In this document: positions 53,901-64,000 of the stretch, in pieces
Numbering within the stretch: position 1 is the stretch's first letter
Layout: every line of letters starts with the position of its first letter
Source: Nitrospirales bacterium
Lineage (GTDB): Bacteria; Nitrospirota; Nitrospiria; Nitrospirales; UBA8639
Length of the DNA: 64,000 bases
NCBI GenBank assembly: GCA_965203295.1
Contig: CBDBCZ010000019.1
Location: 96,001-160,000, forward strand
Direction of reading: 5' to 3'
The notes under the pieces: model-generated
Database searches by the model: none
What the model was told of the DNA's origin: nothing
What the model saw: only the letters and a program-made list of their open reading frames with translations
Made by a program: the position numbers and the translations under genes

Positions 53901-56760
53901 AAGAACTCGCTAATCGAGGGATCGCTTTAGATCATTGCAGTGATACAGACTGTTTTGAGTGGAGTTTTAGCACCATCATGGAGGACGCTACAAAATCACT
54001 GCAAAGCTCGATGCGAGGATTAATCCAGCCCTGCTCCTGTAGTCCACACCTTCGTTCTTCCATCGTGAACGAAATTCTACGACAGTACCTGTACTGGATC
54101 GATTCTCGACAGCTCAGTGCAGCCCTTGAGGGGAAAGTATCCATCTACACGCAATCAGGCAACATGAGTGATTTTAAACTATCTTCAAACAGCGATGTCC
54201 TATTCGTCTGCAACGCAGCTTTTCAGCCTGTTGTGGTTATGAACTGGTACCAAAGTCAGCTGATTAGAGAACTTCTATCCATGGTAAATGATCGAGTTTG
54301 TCGATTGCACTTACAGAGCGCACTAGAAGAGATGCTTAAATATGGAAGATAATACTCATGTAAATCATGCATGCACTGTTAAAATAAAATTGCCATATTG
54401 ACAAGTGGGATGTTGTTTGGGTTTCAACATGCATCTTCTACATGATTCACCTGAGTGATGCACTTTAATCATCTGTATCCATAAATGCTTTCACATTCTT
54501 GACCCACAGCAATCAATCTGTATCCATGCTTCTGATGTGTTGAAACTCAAACAACAACCCACTATTCAATATGACAGTTCTATTTCAGCTGTGCACATGC
54601 ATATATCATTTATGATTTGTGTAATTGTTCCATGTGACGGTCGAAATGTGACAATTGCGACCTCTTATTCTCTCTCTCACATTCTCAACATTCAGTGGCT
54701 ACACTTCACATTCCGTGTACATCATGCAGATCACATGCAGAGTGTATAAATATTATTACATTTCCACGGCGTATTCTCATGCTGACTGCGCCAGGCTATT
54801 ACAATGTATGCATTGTCTGTCGCAAATCAGGTATTGTGGCAATTAAATTATCCTTAATTGTAATTGTAAAGCTCAGCATTTCTATTATTGGACGAGTCTG
54901 ACTAATAGTACAGTGGAACCCCTCTTAGAGGCACACCTGACATAAGGACACCTCTGTAGTTAAGGAAACTTCTCTGTGTCCCAAATATGCTTTCTTAATC
55001 CTGAAATGAGGACACCTCTCTATACAGGCCACTATACCAGGCCCCCAAGGTGTCCACATGAACTCTTTCCCAGCCAAGTTTTAATACATCCATAAGGCTA
55101 ATGTGAATTTATATAGGCCTTTTTATATTAGGCGTTAATATAAAGTACATGTTTTTTCTATTTTATATGGGCACATAAATGTGCCCATGGCGTTCAAAGA
55201 GTTAATTAAAGGGGCTCCACTGTATTACACTCCCACTGCTGTTACCTGTACCTGATCTTCAGGAGAACGCTAAGTTTTGTGAAATTAAGTTATGTGCATA
55301 CACCTATGCTTGTATGGAACACTAATAGCTAGCTACGCGACCTTCCTTTTCAGTTTTAACAGTTCGTATAGTTGTATTGGTATCCTGAAGTATTGGCCTT
55401 GTAGCATTACTTCGTTTGTACAGGAGCTTCCATATAAAGTATACCTATATAGATATATACACATTATTATTCTAACATCTGCAGCGTGTCATTACTTCGT
55501 TTGTATAGGAGCTACCATATAAAGTATACCTATATAGATATATAGTCACATGATTATTCTAACATCTGCAGCGTGTCCAACGTTATTCAGTTACTTGTAT
55601 GGTGGTCTATTGTTGAGGAATGTGTATACTTTCACTATATTAGGTTGGCAAGGAAATGGTGGAACTTTGGTTGGTAAGGAATGTTTTGTTTGATTCATTT
55701 TCCTATCAGTACTATTATGCTCACTGCTTGCAGGAGTATGAACATGGCACATCCCCCGAAGCTGTTGTGGTCAAAGATTTGGACAAGTTTGACATGATAT
55801 TTCAAGCTTTTGAATATGAACAAGGTAGGTCATTCATTAATTGAGCATGTGTTATGAAAGCCCTTTCAGAAAAGTGTGTTTACAGTATAGATGGCTAAGT
55901 GTAATCATAGCTTTAAACGTTTAAACCCAGGCCTTACTCATCCAGCTTTGGAGAAAAATTGGTTCCCCAGTATCCTCCATGGCTATGAGAAAATCTGGGC
56001 TAGAGTTCTTGAATTTTTGAATTATGTCCTTATGAACATCAATAGGTGGTATCCAAAAATGGAACTGTAGCTGTTTTATCATAGATTTACCATTGCATAG
56101 CTAGCAGGTGTATTAATTGTGCTTAAATACTACAGTGGAACCCCTCTATTGTGGACAGCTTTGGGACCTGGGGAAGTGTCCTGTAAAGAGAGGTGTCCTC
56201 ATTTCAGGGGTAAATTTATATTGAGAAAGCATATTTGGGACATAGCAAAGTGTCCTTAATACAGAGGTGTCCTTATTTCAGGAGTGTCCTTTAAGAGGGG
56301 TTCCACTGTACATGGGTATGTAGCAATTCAAGGGTAACTTAGCCTTGGTCCCAGGCTCGCATCCAGCTTCTTATCGTATGTACTGCAAGCGGTGGAAAGC
56401 TGGATGCGAGCCTGGGACAGAGGCTAAGGACAACTTGCTTCTATGCTACATTGTGACATCCCATTGCTTTCTCACGACAGCTGAGAACAGATCTGGCGAG
56501 TTACAGCAATTTTTTGACTCCACAAAAGGTAAATCAAGCAAGTCCAAGGTAATTGTTCTTCTACAAAATTTATATATAGACATAAAAATAAACATATGCA
56601 TGTATTGTATGATTTATGTCTATAGACTGTGTTTACTTAGCTGTAGATGATTCCATACAGTTAATGCTTTTTTTAACCATCATTCTATGTAGGTAAATTT
56701 CAGCACCCAGAGGTGCAAAAATGGGTCAAAGAATTGGAAACTGAAAGAAGCAAAACATAA
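47942..56760 (+). CDS. HDDC2: HD domain-containing protein 2 (5'-deoxynucleotidase), 8 exons
   Basis: Exons 47942-48007, 49905-50035, 50603-50705, 51377-51415, 55644-55673, 55734-55824, 56481-56528 and 56693-56760 join in phase: [91 protein letters not shown]. Confidence 0.95.
49195..49870. repeat. Degenerate ~21-bp minisatellite (gggctaagggatgtggtctca-like)
   Basis: Array ends ~30 bp before the HDDC2 exon 2 acceptor. Confidence 0.85.
51722..51987. mobile_element. MITE with ~55-bp TIRs and CAC(A/T)G ends (CMC/EnSpm-like by inference), left copy
   Basis: cacagctaaaatagaaatgtcatcttaactagtgggttgttgtttgagtt matches the reverse complement of aactcaaacaacatcccactagtctatatggtaattctattttaacagtg. 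Confidence 0.7.
52293..52695. repeat. 97-bp tandem repeat x~4
   Basis: gaagtg..cagatgaagtgactagcctcattccgaatctccattcccagtctccaataggagagatctcggactgagacttatgaactgctct. Confidence 0.9.
53345..54352 (+). CDS. Intronless 335-aa ORF nested in HDDC2 intron 4; putative death-effector-domain-like protein
   Basis: Non-repetitive 1008-bp ORF that is not the antisense shadow of another gene. The N-terminal ~80 aa end in [21 protein letters not shown], resembling DED helices 5-6 with the RxDL motif. An AATAAA follows ~30 bp after the stop, inside the right MITE end. Confidence 0.6.
   Translation: MDEEREGICNRVIFQELAPVELQWVASQWDRSGVVTASSVADSDAALQCQCSHEEYYNCSLLCKLLAHVQRPDLVELVMQEVHSMTTTLPVSHALEISPSSFQVSAQLLYFKLCHFSHLHLQCYLDMNLKCACTGIENYTAVLGLSSSCTCLPSNDARLLLSKLMQNKLELRNCGYTFLAFFDSKEELANRGIALDHCSDTDCFEWSFSTIMEDATKSLQSSMRGLIQPCSCSPHLRSSIVNEILRQYLYWIDSRQLSAALEGKVSIYTQSGNMSDFKLSSNSDVLFVCNAAFQPVVVMNWYQSQLIRELLSMVNDRVCRLHLQSALEEMLKYGR
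54374..54593. mobile_element. Right, inverted copy of the same CAC(A/T)G-ended MITE
   Basis: Its reverse complement aligns end to end with 51722-51987 (e.g. catggatacagattga.tgctgtgggtcaagaatgtgaaagcattta); the left copy has an extra ~45-bp insert. Confidence 0.75.
54908..55223. mobile_element. Tc1/mariner-like MITE interrupted by a piggyBac-like MITE (55059-55205)
   Basis: The host MITE breaks after gtgtccaca and resumes at aggggctccactgta; the insert ends aaagag-ttaa. Confidence 0.7.
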
Positions 56761-57045
56761 TAATATCTATGTCTAGTAATACACACACATGACAATCATT
56801 GTAGTGAACTGTAGGTGCTATAGCTACTTAATAATATAAAACAGCCACGGATGTGATGAATAACGTTTGCAGCAATTATTGTAACTTTTCAGCAGACATA
56901 AAATTGATAATCTGAGCTATAGTAGCTACGTATTCTGCTATCTGTTGTATGATAATGTGTCTAATGGAATATGTTTTGGCTAGCTATATACTAAGACGAT
57001 GACTCGCCGGCTTTACGGCCATTGGATCTTGCTCCGCTGTGGGTA

Positions 57046-60000
57046 TTAGTTCTGTACGGCTGTTGCCTTTTGACGGGCTTCTCTTGAGGGCTTTTTCTTG
57101 ATTGCAGGAGGTTGTCTCTAATTGGAATTGTGGGCAAAGGAGGATCAAAGTTCGAGGAATATACGCACTATTGGTTTATGACCTGCTCTTATCTGCATGA
57201 CACGGCAGTACTCTTAAGTCAACTACTATTCTTTGATGCAGTATTTATGGGTCCCAAAAGTAGAAGGCTTGAAACTTAAACTATTATATTCTCTTGGTGC
57301 TCTCCCCCTTTCCTCCCTAGGCCTCCCTATATGTAGCTGCTCCTACATCTTCACTACATGTCCCTGGATTACTTACTGCATAGATAGATATTTTTGCTAA
57401 TGATGTCATGGTATGGCTCATAAAAGCCTATATATGACTATAATCAGAGCCGAGTTCTGAACATATGATTTTGTTCATGTATATGCGTTATATGAGGCTG
57501 CCATTTTTTCCCCCGTACCATCCCTACATGCGGAGTACTACCGTACTCCATGATATAGCTGATTGTGAAATTCAAGGATGATAGCTTTAGGCACACTAAC
57601 TCTCCCCATGCATATTTAATATACATGTACGTATACCTCTTTTGGTTTTTCAGTCTTCTTTGAGCCAATGACGAGCTGGACTCCCCCAGTGGCTTGCACC
57701 TTCCTGACCTTGTCTTGCTTTTTCACACCCCCGTTGCTGTATGAGAGAGTATAACATGCCATAACATGCAGTTCCAGCTGCTTTTTTGTTTTTGCGAAGT
57801 TACAAGAAAGCTTTTTGGAAATCGAGTACTGTGAATTAATATGGTGCGAAATAGAGCTATGTGTGTGTAGTATAATTAGCAACAACATGATTACAAAGAT
57901 GTATGTATATGGATTACCACAGCTATGATCACCTTCCCCCCTATACATATACAGTGGAAACCAATGTAGCCTTGAACCCAGGCCTTACTCACCCAGATTT
58001 TAACCTCGAATTTTTCTCCAAGGTTGCGAGATGAAATCTGGGCGAGTAAGGCCTGGGTTCGAGACTAACATTTATGTTCCGTCATAGCTGCTATTATACC
58101 GGTAGCTTAAAATGGATTACATACGTAACACAATCACTATACTGCTTGGGAATGAACCAACTTGTACATCCAACCAATTTGGTTTCGTGTACATTAAGGT
58201 ATGTAGGATGGGTTGCATAATACAGTGGAACCCCTCTTAAAGGACACCCCTGAACTAAGGACTCCTTTACTGTGTCCTAAATATGCTAGAAATTTACCCC
58301 TGGAATGAGGACACCTCTCTATACAGGGCACTTTACCGAGTCCCCAAGGTGTCCACAATGGAGGGGTACCACTGTATACACTACACTATGTATGCTGTAG
58401 TAAATGACATTTCAGACATGTGTGTAGAGTCCATGACAACTGTGCTTTAGTAATGTACGGAGCAGTCCTCACCCAAGCTGCATTCAATACTTGCCTACAT
58501 TATCGTGACCATAAAGACATTGATTCTCAACTAGGCTATTTATATTATTTCATTGCGCATTTCCATTACATCACAGTGTTCATGGCACTGTTATCTCTGT
58601 GCTTCTGTTAAGAGTAGGGCTCATTATGCCATGTGTAGTTGCATCTGCATTTTACCATAGATAGTAGAGTGCATAGTCTATGCACTCTACTATCTATGAT
58701 TTTATACAATGTATTGAAGCCCCGCCCTTACTTGAGGTTCAGAGATACAGCAATTTGAACACAGTGTTACGAAACACACAACAGACTTTCTACGCAGGAC
58801 TGCCACATATACTTCTGCATGCCGATATAGGAAGCAAAACTAGCTCTATGTTCATACCGTTTCACTGAATAGCACATCAACCCTTCGATTTCCCCCCAAA
58901 TGCCTTTTACTCATCGTTCGTAACTCAACTATGTAACCTACTTCTTCGATAAGCACTTCATCTTAGATGTGGCAACGAGTTTTCAAAACCACTGCATGCG
59001 TTACAAATTGCTCTGGTTTACAGATTGTAGCCTTGTTCACATTATTCGGTTGCACGAAGGTGAAGACTTCTCCGTGTAACAGAAAGGTGTGGGCCTGGGA
59101 ATGAGGCTATTCATATCGTACGTCTACACTGTATATTTCTACACCTCCATTCTTTATTCACAATTACAGAAACGAATGCTTGGCACTTCCAACTATATTC
59201 TGGTGTGATCATTGACTGATTGCTTACCTTACTGGTGCTCGTTTCTCTTGCAGTTGTTTAGCAGCCTCAAGTTGAGCTTTCAGCTCTGTAGTTGTAGCCA
59301 TCAATTCATCAATTTTGGTCGCCATCACGGTAATATCATCGTCCTGCACGGTAGAGTAAATGAAAATAATTTCATTTGCTATGCGTCTAGTTTTCATCTA
59401 ACTTGACTGCTTGGTGGTTACACTGTAGTCCCAAATGAATGTTTGAGTACATAGCTAGGAGTCAGATTTAAAAATACCATAGTGGTTACCTGTACCTGTT
59501 TACTAGGGCAGAAAAGACTATGCAATGTGTGGACTTGTGTAGTACTGTATGCTGTATTTTGGACTACACAGCTATAGTGTAGAAACGTTATGTTTTCTGG
59601 GGGTTAGAGGGAAATAGCATCTTTAATAACTGCGCTATTGCATGCATGTGTTGTGTATGTGTATTGCGGAATGCATGTATTGTTGACTTCTAATGTTTGC
59701 ATGCTCAACACTAACTCACAATTAAATTCTCACAATCTACCCAGCCTGAAGTATGTCATCATATGCACGCACCAGTAACACAAACATATTGTTTTGGTAG
59801 TATAAACAATCTAGTAAACGTCAAGGGAGTTTGCAGACTACATCCATTCTGGGGGCGGTGGACGAGTAATTGCATGCTTGGTGTATGCAGTGAGCTCGTA
59901 ATACGAGTCAGAGTGTGCTGCACAAACAACACACAGTGTGTGGGTAGATACACAAAAGCAAGTCAAGTGTGCAATATGTTTTGCTGCATTTAACAGTAAC

Positions 60001-62889
60001 AGATGAAGCGTATAACCAGCCCAAGTCTCTTGTCACTACCGTATCACATTCAAGAGTACACCACTATTGGCAGTGTTTGGTTACTTTCTAAGAAAGTTTA
60101 TAGCACCAAATTGGGGTCACAGTATACCCGAGACCAATGCCTTACATGTGGGTAGTTTAAGATCAGTTTGGCCACAGTATACCCAAGACCAATGACGTGT
60201 GTGGGTAGCTACAAATGAGTCACAGTATACCTAAGACCAATTACTTGTGTGTGGGTAGCTACAAGATCAGTGCAACCATTATCAGGATTTTTTATGCACG
60301 TGTCACAGGACTTGCGCTTCAACCATGCATGATTGGATCACATGCCGTAATAGTCTCATCCCCAGACCCTCTACTCGCCGGCCTGGGGCCGAGACTAGTG
60401 CAGTAGTTGCTCTGCTCACCTGTTCCACTATAGTGATCTTGAGCGAAGCAATTTCACGGACAGCGGTGTCATGCTGCTCCATCTTCTCCCGCAGTTTCTC
60501 ATTCAGCTCGACGTTCTTCTTCTTGAGCCTCTCTTCTCTCGACTCTTCAGAGACAACCACATCAGCAAGTTCCTGTTCGATCGACTCCACGAACACTTCC
60601 ATCTCCTCCCTCTGCTTCTCTAGCTCCACTTTCAAGTCGTCGTTGGTGGTCTGAACTGCCGTGAGATCTAGCTGAACTGAATTGAGCCTTGCTCTCAGGT
60701 TGGAAACGTCGGCGCTTTCCCCCTGTTGCTGTTTCTCCATTTCTATCCTCAGCTCATCGCTAATAGACTGAGCTGTAGTGAGCTCCAACTGAACCGAGTT
60801 TAGCCTCTCCCTCAGGCTGGACACTTCGGTATTTTCTTCTTGCTTTTTTGTCTCAAGCTCCGCTTTTAGGCCTTCGTTGTTAGACTGCATTTCAGTGAGT
60901 TCCAATTGAACCGAGTTCAGTCTCTCTCTTAGACCGACAACTTCCGTGTTTTCTTCCGTGTCCGTGTCCTCATCTTCTTCTCCCTCCTCGTCTTCACCCA
61001 ATTCAGCTTTCATTTTCTCAATCTCGAGCTCTTCCATTTGCCTTTTCAGTTCATCGTTGGTTGCTTTCCAAGTTTTCGTCTGCACTCTCAACTCCGTCAC
61101 CTTGTCATCGTACGCTTTATGTAATTTGTCATACTTCTGTTGGAGCTCTTGTACGAACGCTTCTTCGGATCCAGCTGTCGCACGGCTTTGAAACTGCTCA
61201 ACTTCAGCTTGCAGTTCGGTACACCTCTGCTTCTCCTCGGCAAGTAGTTTCTCGAGTTCTTCAGCTCTGCCATTGTCTGGTGCTGCTGGAATAGAATTGA
61301 GCAGCGGTTCTGGGTTAGCAACGGGCGGTGTTCGGTTGCCACCTGCAGCGACCTCGCTTCGTAATCTCTCGTTTTCTTCCCGTAGTCGTCGTACTTCCGT
61401 CCCTAGCTCGTCCAGCTCCTGTTCTTGGTGTCTGATTCTGGCCTCGGAGAGCGTCTCTGGTATCGGGGAAGTTGCTGAGGGAGTACTGCTAAAGGAGGGC
61501 GGACTTCTGATTCCATCGGGTGACATGATATCACTGCGGGGTGGAGAGTTTATAGCCTCTAGAATTTGCTGGGACATGGAGAGACGTTTCTCTAGCTTTG
61601 ATGTTCTCCGACGAAGGTTTGAAAGCTCAAGTTCGTGGCTCTCTTTTTCGAGTTCCATTCTCTTCTTCTCGGCGTACGAACCTTGCTTCTCGAGTTTCTT
61701 TGTCAGGCGCTGGTTTTCGATCTTGAGCTCGAGCTTTTCTTTGTCGATGGCGTCCACCCTCCTTTGCATGTGAGTGGTCTTATCTTGCGCACGCTGAAGA
61801 CTGTCTTGCGAGGCTTTGAGCTGAGCTTGCATGTGTGACGTCTCGGCCTGGAGTTTGCGCTCCATCTGTCGAAGGTCCTTTTGTAGTCGGGCAACCTCCT
61901 CTCGAGCACGCTTGTCTTCTGAAATGCTACTCATTTTTGAGCGTGTGGTACTACGCTTTGTTTCAGCCTCCAACTGCTCATACTGTGCCCTTGTTTCCTG
62001 GAGTATAGAATAGAAGCAGAGATCAGCTATTGTTTGGGTATAGAGTATTAACCTGGCTTTATCGTCGTAGGCAGAGGAATGTATCCTATTAATTTTCATT
62101 TGTCCCAAACTCTATCTCCCTATGGAATACTGATATTGTTTACTCTCGTCTTTCATTCCCCGTGTTTCGGGGTTCATTGCGTCGTTTCATGTTGTAAGTT
62201 TATCTTACTTTCTGTTTTTATAGGGCACACATTATTAGCAATGCTATTTTTCTGTGTCCTTTGCTTTGTGCAGTTTCATAGAAAAGAAATGCATGTACAT
62301 GTATGTATGTGACTGTGATATTATAGGGTCCTACCTGTAGCTCCACCTTCGTTTCTGCAAGCTCATCTTTAATTCCCTGCACTTTGCCCAGATCTTCCTT
62401 CAGTTGGCCGATCTCCTTCTTGAGCTGAAACTCGTGCGCAGCGTCAAAAGAATCGTCGTCTAACTCCTTGCCGACGCTTTCGTACTCTGTGACTTTCTTC
62501 TCCAGCTTTCTGGTGTCGACCTGCAGTAGTTTCACGGTGGTCTCCAGCTGTGAAATCGTCGCTTTATCCTCTTTGTTGACGTTCTGCAGAGCTTCGATTT
62601 CGGCGCGAGCCTCGCCCAACTGCGCGGACAAATCCGCCACTTGCGCTTCCGCCGCCATTAGCTTTGCGTTTAGTGATTGCGGTGAAGTGCGCTGCAAGCG
62701 TATCTCAGTATAATCAGTACAATCAACACCCGACTCGCTCAAACTTGAAGCCTCCGATTTGCTACTAGGACTTGGAGAAACGGGTTCAGCTCTCTTTTTC
62801 GAAGATCTTCTCTTTGCAATCGCAATGATACCGAATCTACTTGATTTCTTTTGTTTTTTCTCGCATGCTTCAGTGGAAGCACTGGACAT
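57046..62889 (-). CDS. Long coiled-coil protein of unknown family (~800 aa), 5 exons
   Basis: Exons 62889-62335, 61997-60420, 59343-59228, 57736-57637 and 57117-57046 join in phase. E/K/Q/L-rich heptads, an S/P-rich linker, an acidic tract, a 39-aa repeat x3, and basic N- and C-termini. Confidence 0.8.
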
Positions 62890-63112
62890 TTTTCTGTGGG
62901 GCGTGAAATATGCAACAGTGGTAGTACTACTTTATAAACAACAGGAACCTTGCATGTAGGAATCCTGGGTTTTTTGTTAATTCATGGTTCATTGGCAGTA
63001 AGTTCCTAACTTCCTGCCCACATAATTAACTACTATGCGTATAGCGCGCTAGCGACCGCTCTCTTGTGCGCATGCGTAGAATTTATTAGCCACGTGGTCG
63101 GAACGCGTTAAA
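62890..63112. promoter_or_regulatory. Probable bidirectional promoter coiled-coil gene/PREP
   Basis: 223 bp between divergent ATGs, with NRF1-like tgcgcatgcg (~63067), E-box cacgtg (~63091) and ETS-like acttcctg (~63009). Confidence 0.65.
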
Positions 63113-63312
63113 ATGGCTACCAAGAATAAGTACCCTTTGGTTCGCAGAGACGAAAACGAAATAGAAGACTGTTTCGGGACCAAAGTGCCAGATCCTTACA
63201 GATGGCTCGAAGATCCCGACTGCGAGGAGACGCAAGCCTTTGTGAAGGCGCAAAACGAGATTAGCCAACCGTACCTCGCCAGCTGCTCTGCTAGGGACAA
63301 GTTCCACGCCCG
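63113..63312 (+). CDS. PREP: Prolyl endopeptidase (prolyl oligopeptidase S9A), exon 1; gene continues beyond the window
   Basis: MATKNKYPLVRRDENEIEDCFGTKVPDPYRWLEDPDCEETQAFVKAQNEISQPYL is the characteristic PREP N-terminus; GT donor at 63313. Confidence 0.92.
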
Positions 63313-63483
63313 GTTAGTTGCCTTTACGTTAATTTTCGAAACGAGAGTATTAGTGGTACCGGTCACAGCCCCAGAGTTGCTTTGGGGGTGTGGTTAAAAT
63401 AATGGGCGGGGCTGGGGTCAGCTGACCTTATTGGTTATCCTTGGGCTGTGTTACCTTTAGTAGTTTCCAAAGAGTAGTTAGAG

Positions 63484-63838
63484 TAGCCTCGTTCCCAGGC
63501 CCGCGACTTTTTCGGTTGCACGAAGGAAAGTCACAGGGCCTGGTAACTAAAGTCACGTGATCAACTTACGTCATAATCCACTTCGAAAGACGGCTGCGTT
63601 TCTCTACATTTAACCGGAGACTTTCTTTCAGCGGTAAGTCTATGGCACAAACGGACTATAAAGAAAGGCTACAAGAAGTGTAGACTCGACCTTCGCTCGT
63701 TGTCTGAGAATTGCACGCGTACTCGCCCACGCTCATAATTACCTTTCTACTCTTTGCCTCGCGCACGTGACTTTAGATCCCAAGCCCTGTGACATCTTTC
63801 GTGTAACCGAAAATGGCGCGGGCCTGGGAACGAGGCTA
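63484..63838. mobile_element. TAG...CTA non-autonomous DNA transposon with perfect 9-bp TSD
   Basis: tagcctcgttcccaggcccgcg / cgcgggcctgggaacgaggcta flanked by tagttagag on both sides. Confidence 0.85.
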
Positions 63839-64000
63839 TAGTTAGAGGTCCCAGTCACTACCCTTGCATTACTTTTGGAATATGTTAAGAAAATGGGAGG
63901 GGCTGGGCTCAGTTTTTCTCCTACCTCATTGTGAATCCTGGGCCCCTCACGTATATTGAAGGAGCTGTATGTTGGGTGCATTTTGTAATTTTTTTTTGGG

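Noticed and set aside
53345..54352. Nested ORF as the transposase of the flanking inverted repeats
   Set aside because: No DDE/DDD, HUH or zinc-finger transposase motif is recognisable by eye, so it is treated as cargo pending a profile search.

Overview
Intron-rich, repeat-rich animal genomic DNA. A demosponge is my best guess from gene structure and repeat landscape, but this is inference only. Seven spliced genes were reconstructed by following GT-AG sites and reading-frame phase: a TRIM gene (RING, two B-boxes, coiled coil, start of filamin domain; minus strand, truncated by the window start), ALDH8A1 (-), an extended CEP97-like gene with three IQ motifs and an FN3 domain (+), Hey (-), HDDC2 (+), an unassigned coiled-coil gene (-) and exon 1 of PREP (+). 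Six of them form three compact head-to-head pairs. Introns carry several MITE families, minisatellites, microsatellites and interstitial telomere-like repeats. The most unusual object is in HDDC2 intron 4: an intronless 335-aa ORF with a death-effector-domain-like N-terminus, bracketed by two inverted copies of one MITE, like a composite transposon carrying cargo. Other highlights are an in-frame duplicated HD-motif exon segment with only synonymous differences, Hey-HDDC2 microsynteny shared with human 6q22, and a transposon-end motif repeatedly amplified into minisatellites, including inside a CEP97 coding exon. Gene names come from recalled similarity, not database searches.
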